Of a DNA stretch of 49,989 nt, positions 8,416 through 18,793 are shown in pieces; positions within the stretch are counted from its first letter, which is position 1; every line of letters starts with the position of its first letter. Source of the stretch: Natronohydrobacter sp. (GTDB lineage Bacteria; Pseudomonadota; Alphaproteobacteria; Rhodobacterales; Rhodobacteraceae); NCBI GenBank assembly GCA_007118445.1, contig SKRP01000134.1, positions 1-49,989 on the forward strand. The letters run 5' to 3'. The translations under genes were made by a program, and so were the position numbers. The notes beneath the pieces are model-generated. The model ran no database searches. It saw only the letters and a list, made by a program, of their open reading frames with translations, and was not told the DNA's origin.

Positions 8416-10023
8416 ACGTCGGAAGATCTGCGGCAGCTGCTCGGGCAGATCCTCGGCGATCAGACCGGGGCCGAAATCCAACGCGGCTTCGAGATGCAGC
8501 AGGGCCGCGCTGCCTGCGGCGTCAAAGGGCGCGAATCCGCGCGCCAGCAGTCCTGATACAAAACCGGCCAGCACATCACCCGACCCTGCCGTGGCCAGCC
8601 AGGGGGCCGCGCGGTCCCCGCTGGCGGGATTGAGTGCCGCGCGCCCGTCCGGGTCGCAAATCACAGTATCCGGCCCTTTGAAAACCACCGTGCAACCGGC
8701 GCGCCGGGCGGCGTCGCGTGTGACCTCCAGCTTGGAACAGGCCGGCCCCTGCATCGCTGCATCGTTCAGGCGTTGCGCCAGATCGGGGAACAAGCGGGCG
8801 AATTCCCCGCCATGCGGGGTCAGCACGCATTGCGCGTGCAGGGCGGAAAACAGCGCCGGATCCTGCGCAATCAAGCTCAGCGCGTCCGCGTCCAGCACTG
8901 TGGCGCACCTTGCAGCCAGCGCTGTCGCGACCAGCACCGCTGCGCGCGCGTCCAGCCCCAGACCCGGACCCAGACAGAGCGCATTGATGCGCCGGTCAGC
9001 CAGCGCCTGTGCAAGTTGCACCGCATCCGGCACCGCACGCAGCATCACCGCATCCAGCCGCGCGGCATTCTCGGTGATGGCATCGGGCGGGCAGCCCAGG
9101 GTCACCAGCCCCGCCCCGATCCGCAAAGCGCCACGCGCGGCAAGCCGTGCTGCCCCGCCGTGACCCGACGCACCTGACAGGATCAGGGCGTGTCCATGGC
9201 TGTATTTATGGCCCGTGATCTTGGCGAGGCGGGGATACAGGTCCTTGCTCTCCAGACCGCAGGCAAGCGCATCGCGTTCCGGGTGGGGGGCATCCTCCAG
9301 CCCGATTGTGGCAACCACCACCTTGCCGGATCTGACAGCCCCTTCGGCGAGCGCATGGCCGGGCTTTTGCGCATGGAAGGCCACAGTCAGATGCGCAGCG
9401 ACCGCTCCATCCCCGTCCGCGCCCAGCACGCGCCCGGAATCGGCACAAATTCCCGAAGGGATGTCAAGCGCCACGACATGAGGGCCGCGCGAAGCATCCG
9501 GCAAGGCCGCATCAAGGTCGGCCGCCTGCAGCATCGGTTGCAGCGCCGTGAGCGGGCGGGCCAGCCCTGTGCCAAAGAGCGCGTCCACGACCAAATCCGG
9601 CCCCGCAGCGCCGGGACTGATGGCCATGGCCTGCTCAAGCGCCGCGATCTCGGGGCCTGTGGGTAAAGGCATAGCGAGCCTGTGCAGCGTTGCGCTGCGC
9701 AGATGCGCATCCCAGCGTGCATATGCCTGCCGCGCATCCGGGGGCAAGCGCGCGGGGTCGCCATAGAGAAACACTGCAACGGACCAACCGCGCTCTTGCA
9801 GCAGCCGCGCGACGATGAAGCCATCGCCGCCATTATTTCCCGGCCCGCAAAGCACCACAGCACGGCGATGGGGGCCTTGTGCAAGCTGCGGCCAATGCGC
9901 CAGAACCGCCGCGACCGCGCCATGCCCGGCGCGTTCCATCAATTCCAGCCCCGAGACCTGACCAGAATCGATTGCGGCCCGCTCGATGGCGCGCATTTGG
10001 GCAGATGTCAGAAATACAGTCAT
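8404..10023 (-). CDS. nnr: Bifunctional NAD(P)H-hydrate epimerase/dehydratase
   Basis: LMERAG, CGPGNNGGDG, VDALFGTG, DIPSG, HKYSHGH, VLDADAL, LTPHGGEF and ATAGSGDVLAG. Confidence 0.95.
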   Translation of the reverse strand: MTVFLTSAQMRAIERAAIDSGQVSGLELMERAGHGAVAAVLAHWPQLAQGPHRRAVVLCGPGNNGGDGFIVARLLQERGWSVAVFLYGDPARLPPDARQAYARWDAHLRSATLHRLAMPLPTGPEIAALEQAMAISPGAAGPDLVVDALFGTGLARPLTALQPMLQAADLDAALPDASRGPHVVALDIPSGICADSGRVLGADGDGAVAAHLTVAFHAQKPGHALAEGAVRSGKVVVATIGLEDAPHPERDALACGLESKDLYPRLAKITGHKYSHGHALILSGASGHGGAARLAARGALRIGAGLVTLGCPPDAITENAARLDAVMLRAVPDAVQLAQALADRRINALCLGPGLGLDARAAVLVATALAARCATVLDADALSLIAQDPALFSALHAQCVLTPHGGEFARLFPDLAQRLNDAAMQGPACSKLEVTRDAARRAGCTVVFKGPDTVICDPDGRAALNPASGDRAAPWLATAGSGDVLAGFVSGLLARGFAPFDAAGSAALLHLEAALDFGPGLIAEDLPEQLPQIFRRSGF

Positions 10024-10189
10024 TTCCTGGCCTGCCTTTTTCGCATTATGCACATTTTTTCACCTTTTGGAATATTTTTTAGTCATCACGTCGGTTTCTT
10101 GCGCCGGGTTTGCGAGCCAGAAATCTATCAGATTGTGACCGCAGAATGAAAATGATCTGAACAGAGCAGACCGGCGCGCAGGCTGGTGA

Positions 10190-10546
<357 letters not shown>

Positions 10547-10609
10547 ACCATGATCCGGCGGCCCCGGCGCTGCCAGTGACGAATTATTCCAACCAAAAGG
10601 GAAGAACCT

Positions 10610-12016
10610 ATGAGTGCTGCTGACGTTCTCAAGATGATGAAAGAGGAAGATGTCGCCTATCTCGACATCCGTTTTGTGGACCCGCGTGGGCGGATGTTGC
10701 ATGTAACCATCATAAATGATCTGGTAGATGAAGATTTCCTTGAAGAGGGCTTCATGTTCGATGGCTCTTCCGTTCCGGGCTGGAAGGGTATCGAGGCTTC
10801 GGACATGAAACTCGTCTTCGACCTGGCCTCGACCTATATCGATCCGTTCTATGCCGAGAAGACACTGGCGATCCATGCGTCGATCGTCGAGCCTGACACC
10901 AATGAACCCTATGAACGCGACCCGCGCGGCACGGCCGAGAAAGCTGAGGCCTACCTCAAGTCGACCGGCATTGGCGATGTGTCCTATTTCGGGCCGGAAG
11001 CCGAATTCTTCGTCTTTGACAGCGTTAAATTCAGCGACAAGATCAACAAGGTGAGCTTCGAGGTCGATGCCGAGGAAGCTGCCTGGAATACGGACACGGA
11101 TTACGAGCATGGCAATATGGGCCATCGTCCGGGCGTCAAGGGCCATTACTTCGCGATGAACCCGATCGATGCCAATCAGGACATGCGCTCGGAAATGCTG
11201 ACCACGATGAAAGACCTCGGCATGAAGGTCGACAAGCATCACACTGAGGTGGCGTCGGCACAGCATGAGCTTGGCCTGATCTTCAACAGCCTGACCAAAC
11301 AGGCTGACGAGTTGATGAAATACAAATATGTCATCCGCAATGTCGCCGATGCCTATGGCAAGACTGCGACATTCATGCCGAAACCCGTCAAGGGCGACAA
11401 CGGCACCGGGATGCATGTCAACATGTCGATCTGGAAAGACGGCAAGCCGCTCTTTGCAGGCGACAAATATGCCGATCTGAGCCAGGAAGCGCTGTGGTTC
11501 ATCGGTGGCATCCTGAAGCACGCCAAGACGCTGAATGCATTCACCAACCCGTCAACCAACAGCTACAAGCGCCTGATCCCCGGTTTTGAAGCCCCGGTTC
11601 TGCGCGCCTATTCGGCCCGCAACCGTTCGGGCTGCATCCGGATCCCATGGACCGAAAGCCCGAAAGCCAAGCGCGTCGAGGCCCGTTTCCCCGACCCGTC
11701 CGCAAACCCCTATCTGTGCTTTGCTGCCCTGCTGATGGCGGGTCTGGACGGGATCAAGAACAAGATCGATCCGGGGGCTGCTTCGGACAAGGATCTGTAT
11801 GATCTGCCGCCCGAAGAGCTGGAAGGCATCCCGACGGTCTGCGCAAGCTTGCGCGAGGCGCTGGAAAGCCTGGCCGCGGATCACGATTTCCTGCTGGCAG
11901 GCGATGTGTTCACCAAGGACCAGATCATGGCCTATATCGATCTGAAATGGGAAGAGGTCTATGCCTATGAGCATACACCGCACCCGGTCGAATATGCGAT
12001 GTATTACAGCTGCTGA
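10610..12016 (+). CDS. glnA: Glutamine synthetase type I
   Basis: FDGSS, FGPEAEFF, TFMPKP..GDNG.GMH, NSYKRL.PGFEAP, adenylylation site DLYDLPPEE and terminal YYSC. Confidence 0.97.
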   Translation: MSAADVLKMMKEEDVAYLDIRFVDPRGRMLHVTIINDLVDEDFLEEGFMFDGSSVPGWKGIEASDMKLVFDLASTYIDPFYAEKTLAIHASIVEPDTNEPYERDPRGTAEKAEAYLKSTGIGDVSYFGPEAEFFVFDSVKFSDKINKVSFEVDAEEAAWNTDTDYEHGNMGHRPGVKGHYFAMNPIDANQDMRSEMLTTMKDLGMKVDKHHTEVASAQHELGLIFNSLTKQADELMKYKYVIRNVADAYGKTATFMPKPVKGDNGTGMHVNMSIWKDGKPLFAGDKYADLSQEALWFIGGILKHAKTLNAFTNPSTNSYKRLIPGFEAPVLRAYSARNRSGCIRIPWTESPKAKRVEARFPDPSANPYLCFAALLMAGLDGIKNKIDPGAASDKDLYDLPPEELEGIPTVCASLREALESLAADHDFLLAGDVFTKDQIMAYIDLKWEEVYAYEHTPHPVEYAMYYSC

Positions 12017-12038
12017 TCGGTGGCTTGAGACATGACAG

Positions 12039-12065
12039 AAAGCCCCCGCATGTCGGGGGCTTTTT
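12039..12065 (+). terminator. Intrinsic terminator after glnA (possibly bidirectional)
   Basis: AAAGCCCCCG-CATGT-CGGGGGCTTT followed by TT. Confidence 0.85.
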
Positions 12066-12073
12066 GCTGTGTC

Positions 12074-12175
12074 GGAGGGGGGATTGAAGGGCTGCCGCCC
12101 TTCAAACTACCCGCTTCAAGGGGGTATACATACCCCCTTGAAAAACCCCCGTGGATATTTGGACAAGGATGAAGG
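12074..12175 (-). repeat. Dispersed structured repeat, copy F (long, divergent)
   Basis: Minus strand CCTTCATCCTTGTCCAAATATCCACGGGGGT, then hairpins 12115-12142 (13-bp stem) and 12084-12105 (9-bp stem). Confidence 0.65.
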
Positions 12176-12176
12176 A

Positions 12177-13259
12177 TCAGCGGCTGAGCCCTGCGGCGAG
12201 CGCAGGTTGATCAAGGGCTGCAAAGCCGTAATGGCGCAACCAGCGCAGGTCGGACTCGAAAAAGGCGCGCAGATCGGGGATACCGTATTTCAGCATCGCG
12301 ATCCGGTCGATCCCCATGCCGAAGGCGAAGCCCTGCCACTGGTCCGGGTCGATCCCGCCAGCACGCAACACATGCGGATGCACCATGCCGGAGCCGAGGA
12401 TTTCGAGCCAGTCGCGGCCCTCGCCGATTTTCAGCTGCCCGCCTTCCCAGGAGCAGCGGATATCGACTTCGGCCGAGGGCTCGGTGAAGGGGAAATGCGA
12501 GGCGCGAAAACGCAGCTCGACCTCATCGACCTCGAAAAAGGCGCGGCAGAATTCTTCGAGCGTCCATTTGAGTTGCGCCATCGAGATGTCGCGGTCAATC
12601 GCCAGCCCTTCGACCTGATGGAACATCGGCGTATGGGTCTGGTCCATATCCATGCGGTAGACGCGGCCCGGCGCGATCACGCGGATGGGCGCGCCCTGAT
12701 CCTGCATCGCGCGGATCTGCACAGGGCTGGTATGGGTGCGCAGCACATGCGGCGGGCGGTTGTCGCCTGCTGCACGGTGCATATAGAACGTGTCCATTTC
12801 CTGACGTGACGGATGTTCAGGCGCGATATTGAGCGCGTCGAAATTATACCAGTCGGATTCGATCTGCGGCCCTTCGGCCACGGCAAAGCCCATATCCGAG
12901 AAGATCGCGGTCAATTCATCCATGACCTGACTGATCGGGTGGATCGTGCCCATGGGACGCGGGCGGCCCGGCAGGGTGACATCCAGCCATTCGGCCTGCA
13001 GCCGCGCATCGAGCGCCGCATCGTCCAGCGCCGCGCGCCGGGCTTTCAGCGCCGCGTCAATCTCGGATTTCAGCCCGTTCAGGATCGGCCCCGCGCTCTG
13101 GCGTTCCTCGGGGCTCATCCGGCCCAGATCGCGCATCCGCAGGCTGATCTCGCCTTTCTTGCCAAGCGCCGCCAGGCGCACGGCCTCAAGCGCGTCAGGC
13201 TCTGCCGCGCGGGCGATCTGGTCGAGGAATTTGCCGCGAAGAGCGTCAATGCCATCCAT
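12177..13259 (-). CDS. pheS: Phenylalanine-tRNA ligase alpha subunit
   Basis: [42 protein letters not shown] and [14 protein letters not shown]. Confidence 0.98.
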   Translation of the reverse strand: MDGIDALRGKFLDQIARAAEPDALEAVRLAALGKKGEISLRMRDLGRMSPEERQSAGPILNGLKSEIDAALKARRAALDDAALDARLQAEWLDVTLPGRPRPMGTIHPISQVMDELTAIFSDMGFAVAEGPQIESDWYNFDALNIAPEHPSRQEMDTFYMHRAAGDNRPPHVLRTHTSPVQIRAMQDQGAPIRVIAPGRVYRMDMDQTHTPMFHQVEGLAIDRDISMAQLKWTLEEFCRAFFEVDEVELRFRASHFPFTEPSAEVDIRCSWEGGQLKIGEGRDWLEILGSGMVHPHVLRAGGIDPDQWQGFAFGMGIDRIAMLKYGIPDLRAFFESDLRWLRHYGFAALDQPALAAGLSR

Positions 13260-13303
13260 GTCTGTCTCCTGCCCCGCCTGGGGGTGCTGATCCGCTGCGC
13301 GAG

Positions 13304-13332
13304 GGCCTAGCCAATCACCGGACCGAATGCAA
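13304..13332 (-). promoter_or_regulatory. Candidate sigma70 promoter of pheS
   Basis: TTGCAT-17 nt-TAGGCC on the minus strand. Confidence 0.35.
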
Positions 13333-13343
13333 GCTGCCGCCGC

Positions 13344-14747
13344 TCAAAGACTGAGCAGCTGCGCAGCGATGGTGAAATAGATCAGAACCCCCAGCACATC
13401 GGCAATCGAGGTCACAAGCGGGCCCGAGGCCGCTGCCGGGTCGCGGTCGATCTTGGCGAAAATGAAGGGCAGGCACATACCGATCAACGCCCCCATCAAG
13501 ACGATGCTGACCATCGCCAGCGCCACCACCACAGCAATATCCGGCCCGCCGCGCCAGACCCCGATCACCGACACGGCCACTGCCATTGTCAGGCCCAGCG
13601 CCAGCGCGATCACCACCTCGCGGGTCAGCAGGCGCCCGAAATCCGACGGGCGCACATCGCCTGTGGCGAGCGCCCGCACCATCAGCGTGGCCGATTGCGT
13701 CCCCGCATTACCGCCCGAGGCGATCAGAAGCGGCAGGAAGAACAGCAGCGACAGATGGGCGGCAATCGTATCTTCGAAATGCGCGATCCCTGCGCCGGAA
13801 AAGATATTGCCGAAGACAAGAAGCACCAGCCAGAAGATTCGCGCGCGGTAAAGCACGGCAATCGTGGCCTCGGCCACCGAGATTTCCAGCGGCTGCACGA
13901 TCGAGCCCTTGTAGAAATCCTCGGTGACTTCTTCTTCGGTCACATCCATCGCGTCATCAGCCGTGACGATCCCCACCAGCCGGTCATTATTGTCCAGCAC
14001 CGGCAGCGCCAGCAGGTCATAGCGCGCAACCAGCCGGGCGGCCTCTTCCTGTTCGTCATCGGCGCGCACCCAGACCGGTTCGGTATCCATCACTTCGGAC
14101 ACAGGCTGGCGCGGGCGCGCGGTCAGCAGGTCGCGCAGACTGACCACACCGATCAGTTTGCGCGCCTCGTCGATGATATAGGCGTAATAGATCGTCTCGG
14201 CCTCGATCGCCTGCATCCGCAGCGCCTCGATCGCCTGGGTCGAGGTCATCTCTGGCATCAGCGTCGCGTAATCCGAGGTCATGACCGACCCGACGGTCCA
14301 TTCCTCATAGGCGGCAAGCCGGCGCAGATCTTCGCGTTCAGCTTTCGAAAGCGCGGGCAGGATGGCTTCCTGCGCTTCCTCGTCCAGCTGCTTGAACAGG
14401 TCGGCGCGCTCGTCATGGCTCATGGCGGTCATCAAGGCGACCAGTTCACGCCGGGGAATGCGGGTGGCCAGCGCTACCTGGGCCCGCGCGCGCAGATAGC
14501 CCAGCAGCTCGGCCTGATCATGCAGCGGCAGCAGGCGCAGCACGGTCAGGTCTTCGTCTGCCTCCAGCTCCTCGATCAGGGCCGCCACATCCGCCAGTTC
14601 CTGGGTTTCCAGAAACTCGCGCACGGCCTCGGGCCGGTCCTCGGCCAGCAAGCGGGAAATTTCCACGGCGATGAAAGCCGCATCGAAATCAGCGCGTTCT
14701 GCCGGGGCGTCGATGCGCATATCGCTGAGATTGTTCTGGATCGACAT
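13344..14747 (-). CDS. mgtE: Magnesium transporter MgtE
   Basis: N domain, CBS pair (TVGSVMT, LIGVVSLRDL, LVGIVTADD), GGNAGTQS and DPAAASGPLVTSIADV; GAAGGAGA RBS. Confidence 0.95.
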   Translation of the reverse strand: MSIQNNLSDMRIDAPAERADFDAAFIAVEISRLLAEDRPEAVREFLETQELADVAALIEELEADEDLTVLRLLPLHDQAELLGYLRARAQVALATRIPRRELVALMTAMSHDERADLFKQLDEEAQEAILPALSKAEREDLRRLAAYEEWTVGSVMTSDYATLMPEMTSTQAIEALRMQAIEAETIYYAYIIDEARKLIGVVSLRDLLTARPRQPVSEVMDTEPVWVRADDEQEEAARLVARYDLLALPVLDNNDRLVGIVTADDAMDVTEEEVTEDFYKGSIVQPLEISVAEATIAVLYRARIFWLVLLVFGNIFSGAGIAHFEDTIAAHLSLLFFLPLLIASGGNAGTQSATLMVRALATGDVRPSDFGRLLTREVVIALALGLTMAVAVSVIGVWRGGPDIAVVVALAMVSIVLMGALIGMCLPFIFAKIDRDPAAASGPLVTSIADVLGVLIYFTIAAQLLSL

Positions 14748-15013
14748 CGGTTCTCCTTCCTGCTGCAACCTGCCGGACCTGCCGTCGGTTCCGGTTCTGT
14801 AGATCAGCATCGGCGCATCGTGCCAAGTGGATTACACCGGGCCGGAGCCGGCACACAGTCAAATTGCCACATCGCGACGGATGTGGCGGGGCCGGCCTGC
14901 CCGGTCGTGATGCAGGAATGCGCAATTTCAGGCCGATTTGCGCCAGATCAAGGCAGGGCAGGCTGGCCCGCGCCAGATATGTCTGCAATCCACCTATCCT
15001 GACGGAGAATCCG

Positions 15014-15196
15014 ATGTCCCGACTGTTCCCACTTGTTTTCAGCATTGCCGGTGTCACCTGTGCAGGCATCGCCATGGTCATTGCGCTGGTGCTTGGGCAG
15101 GATACTGTCCCGCAGCTTCTGTCCTGGATTGCCGGTGGCACGCTTGCGGGGCTGGGCGCAAGCTGGGTGATCGCCCGCAAACTGGCCGAGGCCTGA
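15014..15196 (+). CDS. Small two-helix membrane protein (60 aa), function unknown
   Basis: GGAGA RBS; two hydrophobic segments with a basic tail (WVIARKL). Confidence 0.7.
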   Translation: MSRLFPLVFSIAGVTCAGIAMVIALVLGQDTVPQLLSWIAGGTLAGLGASWVIARKLAEA

Positions 15197-15229
15197 CCGC
15201 AACCCGACCGGGCCTCAATCGACCGGGCC

Positions 15230-15991
15230 TCAGTCGAACCACATGCGCGCGGTCTGCTCGAACGGGCGCGGGGCTTCGGCATGTAGCCAGTGCCCGGCCT
15301 CGGGCAGCTTGGCGAAACGCGCCTGTTCGAACAAGGCGCGGACCGCGGGGCGATGCTCGGGGCGGACATAATCCGACCGACCGCCGCTCAGAAACAGCGC
15401 AGGCCCTTTGAAACTTGCGCTGATCTCTGGCCAGCCGATAATCTTGTCCATCTCGGCCTCCAGCACATCCAGATTCAGCCGCCAGCGCGGCGGGCTGGCG
15501 CGCAAATCCAGCGATTGCAGCAGAAAGGCCCGGACCGACGGATCCTCGACCGCGCGCGCCAGCGCGGCATCAGCCTCGGCCCGGCTGGACAATTCATCCA
15601 GGGGCAGATCGCGCATCGCGCGGATCAGATGCGACTGGCTATGCCCATAGGCCACCGGGGCGATATCGGCGACCAGCAAGCGGTTCACCAGATCCGGGCG
15701 CGTCAGGGCCAGAACCATCGCAGCCTTGCCGCCCATGGAATGGCCCAGCACATCCAGCGCGCGGCCCTCGGCGCGGATCACATCGGCCAGATCCCCTGCC
15801 AGATCGGCATAGCTGTGGCTGTCCCGCCAGGGGCTGTCGCCATGGTTGCGCATATCGACGCTGATCACTTCGCGGCTGTCCGACAGGCGCTTTGCGATCG
15901 CGCCCCAGTTGCGCGCCGATCCGAACAGCCCGTGCACGATCAGAAGCGGCACCTGTTGCGACGCCTCGCCATAGCGCAGGGTGTTCAGCAT
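15230..15991 (-). CDS. Alpha/beta hydrolase, YbfF/ABHD11-like esterase
   Basis: HGLFGSARNW, DMRNHGDS, GHSMGGK, DIAPV and GHWLHAE. Confidence 0.93.
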   Translation of the reverse strand: MLNTLRYGEASQQVPLLIVHGLFGSARNWGAIAKRLSDSREVISVDMRNHGDSPWRDSHSYADLAGDLADVIRAEGRALDVLGHSMGGKAAMVLALTRPDLVNRLLVADIAPVAYGHSQSHLIRAMRDLPLDELSSRAEADAALARAVEDPSVRAFLLQSLDLRASPPRWRLNLDVLEAEMDKIIGWPEISASFKGPALFLSGGRSDYVRPEHRPAVRALFEQARFAKLPEAGHWLHAEAPRPFEQTARMWFD

Positions 15992-16034
15992 CTTGCCTCG
16001 CTTCCCACCAGCCGGATTTGCCCCGGCCTCATGG

Positions 16035-16106
16035 TTTCATCTTGCCGAAAAATACTCTCGGGGGTGAATTGCCCTGAAAGGGCAAGAGGGGGCAGACAGC
16101 CCCCTC
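16035..16106 (+). repeat. Dispersed structured repeat, copy B (long form)
   Basis: TTTCATCTTGCCGAAAAATACTCTCGGGGGTGAA-TTGCCCT-GAA-AGGGCAA-GAGGGGGC-AGACA-GCCCCCTC. Confidence 0.85.
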
Positions 16107-16132
16107 ACACCCTCTCGTCCCGGCGCAGCGGA

Positions 16133-17428
16133 TCAGAGCTCGGGATAGATCGGGAAGCGCGCGCAAAGCTCCGCCACTTCCGCCTTGACCCGCGCCTCGA
16201 CCTCGGCATTGCCCTCCTCGCCATGCGCGGCCAGCCCGTCGACAACAGCGACGATCCAATCGGCGATCTGGCGGAACTCGGCCTCGGTGAAGCCGCGCGT
16301 CGTGCCTGCGGGCGTGCCCAGCCGGATCCCGCTGGTGATCATCGGGCTTTCGGTGTCAAACGGGATGCCGTTCTTGTTGCAGGTGATATGCGCGCGGCCC
16401 AGCGCCTTTTCAGTCGCATTGCCCTTCACGCCCTTGGGGCGCAGATCGACCAGCAGCAGATGCGTGTCGGTGCCGCCTGTCACAGTTGCCAGCCCGCCCT
16501 GTTCCAGCTGATCGGCCAGCGCTTTCGCATTGGCGATGACCTGTTTCTGATAGGCGCGGAAACCAGGGCGCAGCGCTTCGCCGAAGGCAACTGCCTTGGC
16601 CGCGATCACATGCATCAGCGGGCCGCCCTGAATGCCGGGGAAGATCGCGGAATTGACCTTTTTCGCGATCGCCTCGTCATTGGTCAGGATCATGCCGCCG
16701 CGCGGGCCGCGCAGGGTCTTGTGGGTGGTGGTGGTCGCGACATGCGCATGGGGGAAGGGCGAGGGGTACAGCTCTGCCGCCACCAGCCCTGCGAAATGTG
16801 CCATATCGACCAGCAGATACGCCCCGACCGCATCGGCAATCTCGCGCATCCGGGCGAAATCGATGATCCGCGGGATGGCCGAGCCGCCTGCGATGATCAT
16901 CTTGGGCTTATGTTCAGCAGCAAGCGCTGCGATCTGGTCATAATCGATTTCCAGGTCGCTCTCGCGCACGCCATATTGCACCGCGTTGAACCATTTGCCG
17001 GACTGGTTCGGCTTTGCGCCATGGGTCAGATGGCCACCGGCATCAAGCGACATGCCAAGGATCGTGTCACCGGGCTTCAACAGCGCCGTGAACACGCCCT
17101 GATTGGCCTGCGACCCGGAATTGGGCTGCACATTGGCGAAACCGCAGTTGAACAGCTCGCAAGCGCGCGCGATGGCCAGATTCTCTGCCACATCGACATA
17201 TTGGCAGCCGCCATAGTAGCGCCGCCCCGGATAGCCCTCGGCGTATTTATTGGTCAGAACCGAGCCCTGCGCATCCATCACGGCCTTGGACACGATGTTT
17301 TCCGAGGCAATCAACTCGATCTCGTCGCGCTGGCGGCCCAGTTCGGCGCGCATGGCCGCGAAAAGTTCGGGATCACGGTCCTCGACCGTTTCGGTGAAGA
17401 AGCCAGTATCGCGCGCAGTCTGATCCAT
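16133..17428 (-). CDS. glyA: Serine hydroxymethyltransferase
   Basis: [31 protein letters not shown] and the PLP lysine motif [14 protein letters not shown]. Confidence 0.98.
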   Translation of the reverse strand: MDQTARDTGFFTETVEDRDPELFAAMRAELGRQRDEIELIASENIVSKAVMDAQGSVLTNKYAEGYPGRRYYGGCQYVDVAENLAIARACELFNCGFANVQPNSGSQANQGVFTALLKPGDTILGMSLDAGGHLTHGAKPNQSGKWFNAVQYGVRESDLEIDYDQIAALAAEHKPKMIIAGGSAIPRIIDFARMREIADAVGAYLLVDMAHFAGLVAAELYPSPFPHAHVATTTTHKTLRGPRGGMILTNDEAIAKKVNSAIFPGIQGGPLMHVIAAKAVAFGEALRPGFRAYQKQVIANAKALADQLEQGGLATVTGGTDTHLLLVDLRPKGVKGNATEKALGRAHITCNKNGIPFDTESPMITSGIRLGTPAGTTRGFTEAEFRQIADWIVAVVDGLAAHGEEGNAEVEARVKAEVAELCARFPIYPEL

Positions 17429-17637
17429 CTCGGGCCCCCAGGGTCGCAGGTTTCGGTTGCGCCCCGTTTAGCCTATCGCGCCGGGCAGGCAAAGGCTTCA
17501 TTGCGCCGCATTTCGCGCCTGCTGCGACCCCCGCCCCTGTGATTTCACCGATCCGCGCGCCCTGACGCCTATCGGAACGCGCTTGCCAAGGCCGGATCAG
17601 GGGGCCAGAAAGGGCGGGACCGAACCGGAGCCCTGCC

Positions 17638-18399
17638 ATGCCACCCAAACTTGCCCTGCTGGCCAGCGCCGCGCCCGATGCGCAGAACGCGCTTGCGGTT
17701 CTGTCGCAGCAGTACCGGGCAGTGCCGGTGGAAGAGGCCGATATCATCATCGCCCTGGGCGGCGACGGGTTCATGCTGCAGACCCTGCACGCCACCCAGC
17801 ATCTGGACATTCCGGTCTATGGCATGAACCGGGGCACGGTCGGGTTTCTGATGAATGGCTGGCAGGCCGAGGGGCTGCTCGAGCGGCTTGAGGCCGCTGA
17901 AATGGCCGTGCTGAACCCGCTCAGGCTGCGGGCCACGCGCCAGGACGGGTCGCATTTCGAGGCATTGGCGATCAATGAGGTCTCGCTCCTGCGGCAAGGC
18001 GCGCAGGCCGCGAAACTGCGCATCATCGTTGATGGCAGGCAGCGCATGGATGAGCTGGTCTGCGACGGGGCGATGATCAGCACCCCGGCCGGATCGACCG
18101 CCTATAACTATTCCGCGCATGGCCCGATCCTTCCCATCGGATCGGATGTGCTGGCCCTGACCCCGGTCGCGGCTTTTCGCCCCCGGCGCTGGCGGGGTGC
18201 GATCCTGCCGAAAGCCTCGCGGGTGCGGTTTGACGTGATCGACCCCGAGCGCCGCCCGGTCATGGCCGATGCCGACAGCCGGTCCGTGCGCAATGTGGTG
18301 CGGGTCGATGTCGAATCCGTGCGCGATATCGCCCATAAGCTGCTTTTCGATCCGGGGCACGGGCTGGATGAACGCCTGATCCGCGAGCAATTCGTCTAG
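17638..18399 (+). CDS. nadK: NAD kinase
   Basis: LGGDGFML, GTVGFL, AINE and DG.MISTPAGSTAYNYSAHGPI. Confidence 0.95.
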   Translation: MPPKLALLASAAPDAQNALAVLSQQYRAVPVEEADIIIALGGDGFMLQTLHATQHLDIPVYGMNRGTVGFLMNGWQAEGLLERLEAAEMAVLNPLRLRATRQDGSHFEALAINEVSLLRQGAQAAKLRIIVDGRQRMDELVCDGAMISTPAGSTAYNYSAHGPILPIGSDVLALTPVAAFRPRRWRGAILPKASRVRFDVIDPERRPVMADADSRSVRNVVRVDVESVRDIAHKLLFDPGHGLDERLIREQFV

Positions 18400-18424
18400 G
18401 CCAGCGCCGCCGCGCGATCTAGGC

Positions 18425-18793
18425 TCACAAGGCTTTTGCCTGCCTGCGCCTGTGCAGCGCATAGAGCAGCGGGGCGGCGATATGATTATAGCCAAGCTCT
18501 GCGATCTGGCGCAGCACGGGTAATGAAAGCAGCCGCGCCAGCCAGCGCAGACGCGGCAAAGCGCGCCACAGGATCAGGAAGGCCGGAAAGCCCGAAATGA
18601 TCTGCCCGTCATGACGGACATGCAGGCGGCGTGTCGCCTGATCCGCGCTGAGCTGCCAGTTTGCAAGCTCGGCTGCGTGCAGATCGGTAAAACGCAGGGC
18701 CGCGCCTGCGGCTTCGGCCTGTTTGCGATACTGGGCTATTTCTGCCGAGCAGATCGGGCAGCGCCCGTTATAAAGAATTTCCGTCTTGTCCAT
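18425..18793 (-). CDS. DCC1-like thiol-disulfide oxidoreductase (DUF393 family)
   Basis: ILYNGRCPICS (CxxC), RRLHV and G.PAF..LW; start could be 18805. Confidence 0.8.
   Translation of the reverse strand: MDKTEILYNGRCPICSAEIAQYRKQAEAAGAALRFTDLHAAELANWQLSADQATRRLHVRHDGQIISGFPAFLILWRALPRLRWLARLLSLPVLRQIAELGYNHIAAPLLYALHRRRQAKAL

Noticed and set aside
10030-10085. NtrC sites upstream of glnB
   Set aside because: The AT-rich tract has only half-matches (TGCAC, TGCC); I could not identify a full palindrome, although such regulation is plausible
15290-17542. 750-aa ORF on the + strand, and similar long ORFs at 4708-6156, 28565-30136, 33026-34444 and 38238-39617
   Set aside because: Antisense shadows of well-supported genes, expected from high-GC codon bias; no recognisable motifs
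17429-17637. ZMP/ZTP riboswitch before glyA; 9-bp inverted repeat at 17441/17522
   Set aside because: Riboswitch consensus segments not found; a GC-rich 9-mer pair 72 nt apart can arise by chance
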